A DNA stretch of 64,000 bases, from assembly GCA_013265495.1 (NCBI GenBank), contig MU058844.1, positions 13,848,184 to 13,912,183 of the forward strand. The letters run 5' to 3'. How positions within the stretch are numbered: position 1 is the first letter of the stretch; every line of letters begins with the position of its first letter. The notes below the pieces were generated by a model. That model did not search any database and was not told the DNA's origin. It saw nothing but the letters and a program-made list of their open reading frames with translations. Source of the stretch: Vicugna vicugna (taxonomy: Eukaryota). The translations under genes were made by a program, and so were the position numbers. Shown here piece by piece: positions 26,376 through 40,050 of this stretch.

Positions 26376-28006
26376 TGTCCTTCCTTCATATGTGTGTCAA
26401 GAGTGCTATGAATTGTATTTTTCTAGAGGTGGTTGTGTATGAAAAATACGCCTTGTACACAAAAAACTGGTCTTGATGGTAGTAGCAGGGTCAGGTGTAG
26501 AAATCTGACTTCCATTGTCATTCTATAATTCTAAGTAAAATCGTTATTATTATTATTATTGTTATTATTTCATGAATTTTATAGATGACTCCAATGTCTT
26601 CTGATGCATCTTTAATTTCCAGGAGTTAAAACTTCTGTAAGATAACTTGTTACCTTTTCAAAATTGCAATACCTTGTGTTTGTATAGCACTTTTCAAAGT
26701 TGTCAGCTTTAATTAATCTTCACAACATCCCTGGGAGGTAATAGTAGGAGATAAATATCATTGTGCCTTTTTTCCACATTCTGAAAATAAATGGCAGAAA
26801 GGCAACTTATTCAAGCTTAAACAGAAATTAAGTGGTTCTCAGGAGAGTCTATGGAAATGCACACATCTAGGAAACTGGAATCATCTTTTAGTTTCATAAC
26901 ATAATTATTTTGAAGATGCCTAGTATGAGTAGAAACGGGTAGAAAGGTCCTTAAGGGATTGGCTTTGGGTTCAGCACAGGCTTCTAGGCACAGAACAGTT
27001 ACATCAAAGGATGTCTGCTACTATGGGTTACATTTGTTTTCTAAACTTAGCAGATGTGCTCAGGATTTTCAACTTGTGTATGTTTCCACTTAAGCATTTA
27101 TGCTTCTCTTTTCTGAGGTATAAATATTTCTCATAGTCTTTACATATTTTCAAACTGTTATATAGGCATGACTCCATTACCTGCAGTGGAAATTTTTATT
27201 GCTAGCATTTTCCAGAATTGCTGAGGAGATTTATTACAAGAAGTGAATCAGGCTGTTTGTAGATAAAATATTTAGCAAACTATCCCCAGCAACCAAATTA
27301 TTATGTTAAGAAAGCTATAAATCTATAGAACAAAAAGGTATTTTGAGGCTGGTCAAGTCAGTCTTAAATTTTATTGTCTCTATAAAGCTAGTCTTCTGCC
27401 AAAGGATTTTCTAAGGTCAAAATAAATGTTTAAAAAGTAGCAATTTGGAAAAAGAAGAAAGAATAGGCAGTATTAGGTGTGCTTCTGCTTTATTCCAATA
27501 GGAACCTACTGATACAAACAAAATATAAATTTCCCAGGAATTGAGTGTGACAGAATACATTGATTAAATGTGTTGACACACCAGAGTCCTGGTGTGGAAA
27601 AAAATTCTCTAGGATGGCATTTGATTTAGTTTGAATGTTGTTCCAGGAAGTTTAAAAGTTATTGGGAAAAGCTTGTTAAAGATACACTTCCAGTAGGATG
27701 GAGACTGAAGATGCACTTAGTGTGCAGGGTTACAGGGAGGCTGTAGACTTTAATTACAGAAAATAGAAAAGTATTCTGAAAACCACTGATCTTACCCTAC
27801 GCTAGCATATATTCTTTCCAGAAGAATTTGCTCTGAGAAGATTAAGAAGCCATAATTGATCCATTCATCTTTTCAATTAATGTGACTTCGGATACATGCT
27901 CAGCCTTGCACTGTGAGCTGAGGGTTACGCCATCAACTCAAACAACACAAACAAATTCAAACAACTATCTAGCTAGTGTAGACGTATCACAGTGCTGTGT
28001 GTATGT

Positions 28007-28059
28007 GAGAGAGAAAGAGACAGAGACAGAGACAGAGACAGAGACAGAGACAGAGACAG
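28007..28059. repeat. (GAGACA)n hexanucleotide repeat
   Basis: Direct reading; explains the ETETET ORF. Confidence 0.95.
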
Positions 28060-28157
28060 CGTGCTCTAAGTGACTGGCACATGGCCTGAGAATAGAGAAA
28101 GATTCTGGGTGCTAAAGGGGCCAGGGAAGGCTTTAGAGTAAAACTGTTCCTTGAGTT

Positions 28158-29208
28158 TGTTGACCTTGAAAAATAAAAGAGCCAGTTATTTTACCAGCAA
28201 AATGAGTTTTTTGAGGAATAGAGGAATTTCAGCTTGGGACGTGCAAACTATGGCAAACCATCCACAGGCAAGTCTGAGAAGAACCCTGGGAGGTCAGCCT
28301 TTATGGGGTCTTAGGAGGAAAGCAGGGAGCCTGTGGTGGCTCTTCACCAGCTGCAGGTGGCGGGCAACTTGTTGCTGGGTCAGAAGGAAATCTTTCTTTC
28401 TGCTGGAGTCTGTTAGCTGTGCTGAGTGATGTGTGTGTGAGAGCTCCCCGTCAGGGCTTCCTGACTTTATTTTTTATTATTTTTCTTCTGGTTTTGTTGA
28501 AATATAATTGACATGCAGGAATGTATAAGTTTAAGGTGTACAGCATAATGATTTGACTTACATGCATCATGAAATGATGACCACGATGAGTTAGTGGACA
28601 CCATCATCTCATATAGATACAACATTAAAGAAACAGGAAAAAAAATTCTTTTTCCTGGTGATGAGAACTCTTAGGATTTACTCTCTTAACAGCTTTCATA
28701 TATAACACACAACTGTGCTAATTATATGTATCATGTTGTACATTGCATCCCTAGTACTTATTTATCTTCTACCTGGAACTTTGTACCTTTTGACGACCTC
28801 CAGCCAACCCCTGCCTCTGGGAACCACAAATCTGATCTCTTTTACTGCATTTGTTTTTGAAGTGTAATTGATTCACAACATTGTGTTAGTTTCTGGTACG
28901 CAATATAGTGATTTGCTATTTCTGTACATCTCAAAACTACCACCATGATAAGTCTAGTTGTCATCTGTTACCAAAGATATTACATAATTATTTACTACAT
29001 TCCCCACAATCTACGTTTCATATCTTTGACTCACTAATTTTGTAACTGAATGTTTGTGCCTGTTAATCTCCCTCCTCTACTTCACTCCTCCCTTCTTCCC
29101 CTCCCCTCTGGTAACCACTTGTTTGTTCTCTGTATCTGTGACTGTCTTTCTGTTTAGTTGTGGTTGTTCACTTGTTTTTGAATGAGGATTCCTTTACTTA
29201 TGTTCACA
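28158..29208. mobile_element. Probable ERV1-class solo LTR split by an L1 insertion
   Basis: Begins TGTTGA at 28158, ends TTCACA at 29208, flanked by a 4-bp direct repeat AGTT (28154-28157, 29209-29212); about 340 bp remain after removing the L1. Confidence 0.6.
28466..29180 (-). mobile_element. L1 3' region (two tandem 3'-end-like segments), antisense
   Basis: ttgaaatataattgacat...aaggtgtacagcataatgatttga; gtgatgagaactcttaggatttactctctt; second segment ttgaagtgtaattgattcacaacattgtgttagtttctgg. Confidence 0.88.
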
Positions 29209-31009
29209 AGTTAATTCAAGGATAATCATATCTTTAAAATTGATCTGTTATGTGTCATTTTGTACAATTCTAATCTAGTAGAACATTTTCATGTGTAGAG
29301 GTGTTACACGTATTCAAAGATGCCTCGTGTTTGTTGTGGAGCGGAAGCTCTGATGTTGGATTGAACTCTGTTCTCTTTATGCATGGCTAGTTGGCTTATA
29401 TTGAGGCAACTTGAGTAGTTCCTTAGAGTTTTTGTTTTTCTTCTGCGTTACCACTCTAGATGGAGCTTATGCACGATCGTGAACACACGTTCCCTCTCTC
29501 ACACATATGCAAAACAAGACAGTTTCCAATTCTCAGTCTTGGTGCACAGATGCCCCAGATAAATGATTATTTGCACAGTGCATCTGCTTCTCTTAGCATG
29601 TTATTTAATTGCTTTTTTTCTACATTTGTGATTTTAAAAATTATTTTCAGTGAAATTCTTGTTGTTTTAGAAGACTAATTCATTGCCAACAGAACTGATC
29701 ATGAGATTGAGCAAGGAAATAGGAAGAACAAAGCCAATATATTTTGAAGTTAAAAAAAAGGAAAATTTTCCTGTAAATTAAACTGATTGGAAGAAAGTTT
29801 TCCCTGAAGGATGAGTGCAGTCATAGACCCAGGCTCCTTCTCTTGCAGGAAAACTCATCCCCTACTACAACCCAAAGAGTTGCATCCTTGATGGAAATGC
29901 TACATAACAAAGAGAGAGCTGTACATTTTTCCTTCTATCTCTAAAATGTTAAGAAAAATATGTCTTAGAGATTAACTTTTGATTATTTGGTTATTTTATT
30001 TGGAGAAGCTCTGAGGAAGAGCTGTAAAATTCAGCTAGCCATTTATATGCTTAGACCTATGCCAGATTTTGGTGTCCAGTAACTGAGTTTTCATTTTATT
30101 TCTGTTTAGAATTCTAGCCTTGTGTGGAGACTGCTGACTTTCACGATACATGACAAGATTTAACTCGCAGTTGGTTATGATGATCAGTGTGCAAACATAT
30201 ACACACTCTAACAAACATACCTGTTTTAAGTGCACAGATACACTAGCAAAGAGGTTCAGTATGCATTTATTCATTGACTCATTCATTTAGTCAGCCAAGT
30301 ATTCCTTAATATTATGTGCCAGTTACAGTCAATATAATGCTCTTAAGATTTTGAGACCTCAGTTTTTTATTTTTCACAGTTGAACTTTTTTTTCTTTCAA
30401 AATTGAAATTTTACGTATAGTCTTTCCATTCAGGGATGAAGAAAATTACATTCCTGTAGTAAGTCACTGGAGAATTTCTGGGAATTCTGAAGAAATTGTA
30501 GCTGTAGGGCATTTGGAAATATGTCCATAGGAGAGATCAAAGGTTTGATCTGTTTTCACATTTAACAGGTCTTCTCAGTGGAGGAGGCACGTATGGTTTA
30601 ACATATTCGCGTATACTCATTCACAACACCACAAAAAACTTCTCTAAGTTGCAGACACCATTTAGTGTTGTATTCTATTTAAAACAACAATTCTGGTTTC
30701 TCTAACCTCCTAATCTAATTTCAGCTTCTCATGGTAAAATATGAAGCTTTTGTGTTTAGTACATAGTTATCTCAGTGAAATGAGAAAATGCACTTTAATA
30801 AAGTTCTCTCTGCTCTTACATTAAACTTGAATATAGATAAAACATAGAGGAATTTATGCTACTAGTCATACCCAAGTTGATTAACTTGTGGTATTCAAAG
30901 ACCATCTTCAGTGAAAAGTGCTGAAACTTCAACACAGTAGGGATGTGAATTATGATAAATGTACCCTCAGTACGCTTCCAGGTCAGTCCTTCGGCTTTCC
31001 AGATTTATT

Positions 31010-31225
31010 CTCCTGGTGAATACAGAAGCTGACTGACTTGACTGGAGCCCCAGCCCTACCACTTACTATCTGTGTGATTTTGCACAAGTTAATGCCTATG
31101 TGCTTCACTTCCTTTATACAATGAAGGGTTTCCCTGGGAACTGCGGGAGTTGACACATGTACAGAACTTAGAACAGTGCTGGTTTCATTGTAGGAGCCTC
31201 AGTAAGCGTTGACTATTATGATGAT
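31010..31225 (+). mobile_element. MIR SINE
   Basis: ccctaccacttactatctgtgtgattttgcacaagtta...ttagaacagtgctgg...ctcagtaagcgtt. Confidence 0.8.
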
Positions 31226-33719
31226 GAACACTGATCCTTCTGAAGGAAATTGCTTTTACCATCAACAGCTCTTTCTGTATTCTCCGCTCTGCTATTACAA
31301 TTCCTTGAAAATCATTATACTTACAGAAGATAGGTTTATGTGAAAATGTTGAATTGAGCATTCAAATGCTTAAGTCTGAGCACAGGCAGCGTTTAAACTG
31401 AACACTGAAGTTCTAATACAGTGTCCTCCAGCCAGGGCTGGTCTCCCACTACCACTTTCTGTGCCTTTGAAGGCACACTCCCAGCATTCTAGTCTTCATT
31501 CAGGACTGCTTTTTCCTAGCACTTATTCACAGTTTCAGGTTTCTTATTCTTGACCAACCTCCCTAATGAATATTATATACAAGCTTCCTAAGATGGGTTG
31601 AATATATTATCTTTTATTAAACATAGACATGTGCAAATAGAAATAACAACAAAGAGCATGAAAACAGTGACAAGAACAGTGCAGCCAGAGACCCTGAGTT
31701 CTGAAGCAGAAAGAGAAACGTGATGGTAAGGATAACCAGGGATCTCCTCTTAGCACTCAGAGAGTAACTGAAGGTGTGATATGTCTTTGCAACACCAGTC
31801 TCCTACTGGGATGCATGTGCACTGTGTATATCTGCTCTTAAATGTTCTACACTCCGTCCCCCTTTCCTGTCAGAATTACCAGAGGAAGTGCAGTTCAACT
31901 CACTTGTCCCTTTACTTGTAAATTTGTGTAATAGATTTTGGAGGCCTTATCCTATCATTACTTAGATCTCCTAATAAAGGACATTACCTAAATAAACCTA
32001 GGCTTCCCTTCTAAGATTCTAATGGTGACTCTGTTTGTTTCAAAATAGTTGACAGATCCGTAGTTACAAATTAAGGTGTATTTGGAATCTTTTAGAAGAG
32101 AGGAAATTTTTGCCCTTCAAAGTTTTCAAGGACTAAACAATAAAAGAACAAATGATTACTGCCAAGAAGCTGATTTGCATCAGAAACCTTACCTTGTTTT
32201 CTCAATTGTAGTTACTAGGAGCCATGGAATATTCCATTAGGAAACAAACTTAAATTTGCTCAGACAGCATGCAATGAGTTATTACCAAGATGATCATGTG
32301 TAGAAAGTAATTATTGTGTGAGTCATTCAGATCCATAAAAACAGGAATTCATTAAGTCTTAGAAAATTGACTGATTTTAATAGGGTTTATCATATAGATA
32401 TGGTTGCATTTTTATTTATATAATGATGCCCAGAGTGACTTTTTTTTCTCAGCAAATACTAATGAAATTAGCACTGGCAATAACAAGGTGTATTACTGAT
32501 GTAATAAATTGATTGTTAAAAGTTGGTGAAACTAAAATTTTTATAAGTTGACTCGTGTTTTTTCCATTGATTAAATTTGGAGCTATTTCAAACCACAAAA
32601 AATCTTAATCTTCAGCCTTATTGAAACTCAGTTAATAGTGCTTACAACATATTTGGATAGGTAGAGACAGATATATTTAACCGGAAAATAAGATAGTAAA
32701 ATAACAGAAGTCAACAATTTCCATGCTGAAATTACAGTAATGTGCGTTGGGGTTATTGAAATGAGTAAGCTTCAAGGGTCTCACATTCTGGAGGTTAATC
32801 ATAATATAAATTAAAAAATCTTATTGCCGGTACCTAATAATAATGCTGCCATTTATTATATAGAAGAAGTTGATTGAAAACTCTGGGCATGTGAAGAGGC
32901 TCTGGCACTGTTCTAGAACGCTGCATCAAGAACAAATTCTGGCATTGGTTCTGTATTTTGATATTTCCTAGTCTAGTCTAGGTAGGCAGGGGCCAAAATG
33001 TTTATATATGAGGCCTTACTATAGCATCTCCACCTGAAAGTTCTTTACCAATGGTTTGATTGTTAGGAACCTTTATTTGTAAAGTTAGAGTGTGTCATTG
33101 CAAATGTTAAATAGAAAGGTTATCTTTAAGACAAATTTAGATAAGAATGAAATAATTTATTCAGGTCCTTCTAAAGGAGGCTTGTAAAAGGATGGGGAAA
33201 AAAGATCCTGTACTTCAGCTCTTTACAAGAGTACTTGAGTTATTAACATAAGTGATGGTATATAGTTTTATTTAGAGCATGAATACAGCTTTAATTCCAT
33301 TCTTTTAAATTATAAAGTTAGAAGTTTCAACATCTAAGTCAGAACTCTGACATTTTAGAAATTAATAATACAATCATAGCTGGGTATGTGTTTTTCTTCT
33401 AAACAGGTTTCCATTAATCCCCTTCCAGTCTTCAGATTAGAAGGTACACCTACTGAGGACTTTTTGCGTTTTGTTCTCCTGAGACTTGGACTTAATGTTT
33501 GGAGACATTTAGCTTTCCCACAAAGAGGTTAAGGAGATTATTCAGATCTTAAAGGGGTGTTTTCTTCTGAGGAGAGGAAGAATCACAGCATCTCCTGACC
33601 AGAGCAGAGTTTAATCACCATTGGCCTGGTGGGGTGGGCTTGGGATATGCAGATAAAGCAAGACTAAAAACCAGAAAAAAAAAAAAAAAAAGTAGGATTA
33701 GTTCACATTTTGATAGAGT

Positions 33720-34230
33720 TCTAAATTATAGATCGGATTCTGTCACACTCTTGCACTGACCTTCAGTACTGTTTTTGGCTTAGAGTTCGAAGTCCGTAGA
33801 TTGAATTCAGATCCCTAATTGATTTCTTTTTGGTCTAATCTTTCTAGGCTCAGATTCTTTTACTCCACTTAAAACTGTTGCTCAGCAAGGCTACACATCC
33901 TCCTCTCTAACATTTCTAGTCCTTCTCTTTCTTGATCGAGGGACACCCCTGCCTCCTTCAGTGATCTGGACTTTGATTCCAGTGAGCCTTCCCCACCCTC
34001 CCGAGTCAGATATGCCTCCTGCTGTGCTTCCATGGGCACGCTGTGTTTCTCAGACACACGCTTATTGTACCGTTACATTAAGTGTTCATTTACGTATCTC
34101 ACTTGTTTGGCATGTCAGTCTCTTTGAGGTCAGGGAATACATCGTATACATCTTTGCAGTGTCAGTATCTTGTATCTAATGTTTGCAGCACTGTAGGTGT
34201 AATAATTAATGTTTACGAAATGAGTAAGAG
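33720..34230 (+). mobile_element. L2 3' fragment (old subfamily)
   Basis: gtgagccttccccacc, tctttgaggtcagggaatac, gtaggtgtaataattaatgttt. Confidence 0.6.
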
Positions 34231-37200
34231 CTGAGTGAAGCTTAGTTCTTAGGCCAGGCTGATATCTTTAAACTTGAAAATGGTCTCCAAGATCATATCC
34301 AAATCGTGAATTACACACAGGACCCAAGAGGCCAGGACTTTAGTGACAGACTGAGAGCAAAATTCTAAATGAGGCTGAAACTGAAAGGGGTGATGGAGTT
34401 ATTGACCTGAGGCAACTTGATTTGGTGTTAAGTTTCCAGAAGAGCAAGGAAAATGGAATTGATCAAGTAGTAGAAACTTCATTAAGATTTGGGTGTCAGA
34501 ATGAGCATTCTAGGGAGAGAAGCAAGGCTCTGACCTTTCCTCCTCCCCTCCTCCCTGTTGTTGGCCTCAAATCTGGCCATGAGACTCTGCTACATTTTCT
34601 GTCCTGGAAACTGGCCACAGATAACTTTTGCAGAATTTCAACAGTAACTTTACCCAAAGGGCAAAACAAAACACAAAAGCTGTGAGTCAGCCTTGGTGAG
34701 ACTCTTTTTCCCAGCTTGCTGACTTCCCACTTAATTTCTTTTATAACTAATATCGTAACAGATTGTTTTCTTTTTTACTTAGATAGGTTCTTATGACAAT
34801 CTTGAAACAAAACCACCATTTTAAACTCTAAATCTATTTTTTTTTATTATTCTTTTTTATGAAGCATCCATCTTTCCTTTCAAAATGCTTCGATTTCAAA
34901 AGAGCAGTGGAAGTGCTACTATTTGTGAAATTGGCATAGGGAAAAGTCACTTGTCCAGGATACTGAGGAAGAACTTCAATACAAAACAGCAACTTTAGTT
35001 AGGTTAAGTGTATCCAGCTTTACTTAGATTCATTGAGTTGAAAATCATAAATTGAGAGACGTAGCAATATCTTAAGGATAATTACTACCTAGCTCTAGAT
35101 AGCTCATAAATTTATATGCTTTCTAGAATCATTGTTATGGTTTATTCAATAGATGCATTCAAAAATCATCTATTTCTGTATTTTTGGAATTTCATCTTTT
35201 TTCTCCAAACAGATCTCTCAATTACGCATCGTTTATATGAATAATTCACAGTCTCCTAAATTTAGGTTCAGCCTTTCTAATTGTGTAGAATATTTTAAGC
35301 AAGGAAACATACAAAATACTCAAAATAAGATTATCTGCATCTACCTGAAACTAATGTAATATTGCAACTATAGAGGGAAAGTTTTTATTAAACACGATGA
35401 CAGGACTCAATTGAGGCATCATTGTGAAATAAGTTTAATTTTGTGAAAATCTTATCTAAGGAAGTGAGAAGACGCGAAATTACAAAGAGAATAGATTTCA
35501 GAGATTGGTATAGAAATATTGCTTTGATTTTGAAAGCTTTTTAAAATATATTTCCTATTTTCAATCGAAAGTTCTTTTCAGCAGAATTTAGCCAGCCAAG
35601 AATTTATTTTAGAAGAATGTCTATTTTTAAGATAACAGTATTGTTATTGTTATTACTGGATTGTAACATTTGTTTCAGAGAAGCTGGAGAGTTGTACAGA
35701 CGTTATATACTGAATCATCAAAGTTACAGGAGTAACTCTTTTATGAGGATAAAATGTCAGGTGGCAACAGATAAACAACCTGTGCAGAATTATGAAACGC
35801 GAGAATGAGATTTACAGTTCTCAGTTCAGTTTGCTGCAATTTAGATCACACTTGTTTTTCCTCGCCAAAAAAAAAAGACATTTTTGTAACGAGAGATGTA
35901 TTTCTATTCCTTTGAATGGGCACCATTCTGCCCACTTCCAGTGGAAACTGTCTTGTCGAGAGATCCTAAACCCCTTAGTAGTCTAGAAGTTATATTTATT
36001 TGGCAATTTTTGACATATTTGTGTCTTAAAATCATGTCAGATCAAAGCCATTTCAAGATCCTTAGTTCAAAAACCTTTACTGAAATAGCATTAAAGGTCT
36101 GATTTAAACTGACAAGTGAAAGAAAATTGCAAGTTAAGGTTGTCATTCCCAGGCATTCAGCAAGTTCTGGAGAAATTTTTGAGTTCTATAAAAGAGTTCC
36201 TGGAAAGCCAATCATAAAATGACCTTTTGTATATAGGACTTACTCAATTTTTCTATTGGCTTTCCCTTTTAAATATTCTGACATTTCTTATCTTTGGATT
36301 TCCCAGATGTTAACCATTTTTAAGACTTCAGCTATGTAGAGAAATTAAACATCTGTAACGCACACATTTAAATGGACTTCTTGCAGGATCTCAGACTTAT
36401 TTCTGAAGTATCATTATTTTTGTAATTACAGAAGAATACATTTCTTTCCTTTTACCATTTCCTGTTTATCTCCATAAATATCAGTTTGAATTAACTGTTG
36501 AATCTACTTACCAGTGATTAGCATAATTTAAAACCTTAATTGAATCAAATTAGATCACGTTCGACTTGCCACAGTGCTCACAAATGTCAAGGTCACTTTA
36601 ATTCTTCTCCCTTTTTATTACATGATGTTCAGTAACAGCTATGAACCGTTAAGTAACGGAGCCATCAACAGAAAGATAGAGAGAGGGCTATATATAACTT
36701 TGCAACTAGCTCAGTGACATATTAATTCTAAATCAGCAAAGTTGCATATATCAAATTGACATTATTTCAAGGAATACCCCTATTTGAGATTTCATTTTAA
36801 GAGATTTATATGAACAAAATCTCTGTATCTGGCATTCTATTGTCCAGCACCTTAGCTAACTCTCACCTGGATGGAAGGTTAATTATTTTCATGGTAATAG
36901 TCCTGAGGAATTAGAGTAATTCTGAAGTGTCTGCTGAAGGATAAAAGAGGTTTATTTGGTGGGATGCAGCATTAGTAGGAAGCATCAGTCACTGTTTTCT
37001 AATTCTTTGAAAACATACAATATGCATAAGGTACACAGGCTAACTCCCAGTAAGAATAAGTTGTGATCCTGACCAGTTAAGATAACAAAGAATGGGTTTC
37101 CTTTTGAAATGTTTATATGAAAAAAAAATAAATTTTAAAAACAGACACCAGTCCTTTTAGGATACTTCTTTATTTATAAACTTGGTATGTAAAACAGAAG

Positions 37201-37242
37201 GGGAGAGGAAATATATTATTAAGTACCTCCTCAATAAATGTT

Positions 37243-37432
37243 CAGGGCTGTAATTTAGGTTTTCAGGTTGTGCCCCATGCAAAGAGTATGACTGGGGATC
37301 TGAAATCCCCTCACTTAGTTTTTTAAACTATGGACCTGGTGAAACATGGGAGCATTTTGGGAAATTCATCTGCCCAGACAAATGTTTATTTAAATTGCTT
37401 CCAAGACATCTCGTATTCTAGAAGAGACCCTG
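37243..37432. mobile_element. MER91A-like hAT-Tip100 MITE inserted in an antisense MIR
   Basis: CAGGG...CCCTG termini, caggttgtgc...ggggatctgaaatcc; the flanks read as a MIR (aagtaaattgcccaga). Confidence 0.5.
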
Positions 37433-39099
37433 GCATTAGGCAGTGCTTTTTACATAGATTAGATAATTTTGAAGATCAAGTAGTAAATATATAAGGAGTT
37501 TTATTCTCTCTTCCCTTAAAGTGGGACACGAAAGGCCTAAGTAAATTGCCCAGAATTACATACACAGACAATAAACGGTGAAGGTTACTGAAAATTTACA
37601 TTCCTGAAAAATTTGCATTTTACTATGCCATGAAAATGTGATTAGGGACAGGAAAACCATGTGAAAGATGAAAATAAAGAACTTAGCAACATAAATATAA
37701 GAACTAGTGTGAAAAATACATCTGTTGGTAATAAAATAGACTATTAATCTTAAAGCTTGTATTTTTAATATGTAATTTTCTCCCTCTGCTTTTATGTGTC
37801 CTATGGGTATATTTTATCACCTTAGTCTGAAAAACAAGTTTTTCAAAATATTTGTACTCTCCATTTATTTCCCACAAATGCTATTTTAATCAATATTTAT
37901 AATTTATAAAGTCATTTTCTTTTAAACTAAATTAATACATATAAGTCTTATAAAGGGTACATATGAATTAAGTTTATTGTAAATGCATTTACACATATAT
38001 TATGACTTTATAGTTCTATATTTAAGAATATGTGAAAGATTTTTTTTAAGTTCTATTTGTGAATATCACCTTGAGGATTGAGATGAAATGGCAATGTAGA
38101 TATCAAACGGTGTGGGGATTTTCTCCTGAAAATTTGTAATCCTCCTTGAAAGAATTTGCCATTGTAATTTCTAATGTTATGCAAGAGTGACTATGCTTTG
38201 TCTAAAAAATATCATAAAATCATATTATAAAAATGTTTCTTATACTAGCAAGAAGGATATTCTTATTAATATTCTTTTATTGATTAAGTGCATTGTCTTA
38301 AATTAGCTCATATAGCTTAGCTAATGATTGTTAACAGCCCTATTTCTATGTATGAGTAAAGGAACCAAAGAGGGAAATCTTTCACTCGTGAAATTTGTTG
38401 CAAAGGAGTCCCTTAGATTTTGTTTATTGTTTTTCTGATATAAAGATGGAGCTACTGAAGTTGACTTGTGTGCAGCCTCACAAATTGACCCTTTGAGGCC
38501 CAGCCTTACTCTTCTGGGTCTCCCTGAAACAGGGGAGATGCAGGCAGTGTAGCTGAGGCCTGGAGGAGGTAATAACTCCTCATTGGCTTGAAACTTCTTT
38601 GAATCCCCTAGATCTGCATGAAGCTTCTACCCAGAGGCTGAAGGTGTGGGAGGGAATGCCTTCCTTTCCTTGATATCTCCAGTAAAGGGACTTCCTTTCC
38701 TCTTTTTAAGTGTTTGGTAATAAAGAATGGTCAATTAACCCCAGCTATGCTTAGATAGGAAGAACTGAAATAAGATCTCTGTAATCCACCAAAATTTGTC
38801 CACAGTAGAAATTGTGGAGCAGCCATATTGTATAGTGAAATTCTAGGCCACTGGAATCATCCAGTGGAAACAGTACACTAAGCCTGAGATAAAAATTGTT
38901 TTGATTTTTAGATTATATTAAATTGAAGCTATGTTTTAATTCTTTTGATATGTTCCAATGTTTTTTTTAAAATTTTAATTCTCTAAGATACTTTCACAGA
39001 GAAATGTGCTTACTCCTGTACGTTCAAGCTCTCCCTTTTCCCTGATTTCTTTCCTTCTGCCTATGAACATACTCAAAATATTTCCTGAAAAAAAGAGCA

Positions 39100-40050
39100 A
39101 AAGCCAAGCAAAGACAAACAGACCATCCTTTAACTGCTCCCCTTCAAGACTTCGTCTTCATGTTATGGTGAGTTTTGTGAAGAACAGTTAGCCCTTCTTC
39201 CTTCTACTCCAGTCATTGCTAAACCTAGTTTGCTTCTGGGCTCAACATTCCCTTGAAAAGATTCTCATTCTGGTCATTGATTACTTCTCGTTTTCTAAGT
39301 CCAAAGACCCATCTTGAGTTCTCTTTGAGTTCTCCCTGATATTTGGAATTGTTAATCACATTCTACTCCTCAAATTTTGTTCCTCCTTTGGCTTTGTGGA
39401 AATTAAACTTATCAGTACAAATATAATCTTTTTGTCAGTAGACAATTCCCATAGAAGTAAGGCACATTTAATTTGTCTGTATAGCTTCACTTCTTGTCGT
39501 TTCTAACTTCTGCTTTCTACAAATTGTTAACCTCATTAAAAAATTCCTAACAAAATACGTGCACACATTTTTGTCTGATCTACCTCAGAAGTATATCCTG
39601 AACCTGTTTCCTTTCTCCATCCTGATGGCTGCTGCCAGAGCTTTAACTCATGCCTTCATCTTCTCTTGCTTAGTTAACTGGAATATACCTCATTTGTTTT
39701 TTTCTCCCTCCTCATTAATTAAAAGTCATTAAAAATATTGACTATGTCATTGCCATGCTTAAAACATTCCTTGGATACCTGTGGTAAACAGAAAAACAGA
39801 GTTTATTATGGCATCTAAGACCATTCCCAGTTTAAAGCCAAGTCATCAGCTATCATTTACTTCACAAGCCACATGCCCCCACTTTCCATACCAGGGTTTC
39901 CCCCTCCAAGGATGCATAATTTGCTAAACTCTCCCCCAGACTTACTACAGCCTTTTGTAACTCTGTACCTTTTACATTTTTTTCCTTTCTTGGGAAATCA
40001 TTTTCCAGCTTCTTTGCTTACAAAAGGTAAATCCCATGGTCTTTTCATTA
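39100..40050 (+). mobile_element. L2 fragments (degenerate)
   Basis: ctacctcagaagtatatcctgaacctg, atgtcattgccatgcttaaaacattcc. Confidence 0.55.

Noticed and set aside
27882..28073. ORF with ETETET repeat
   Set aside because: Translation of a (GAGACA)n microsatellite.
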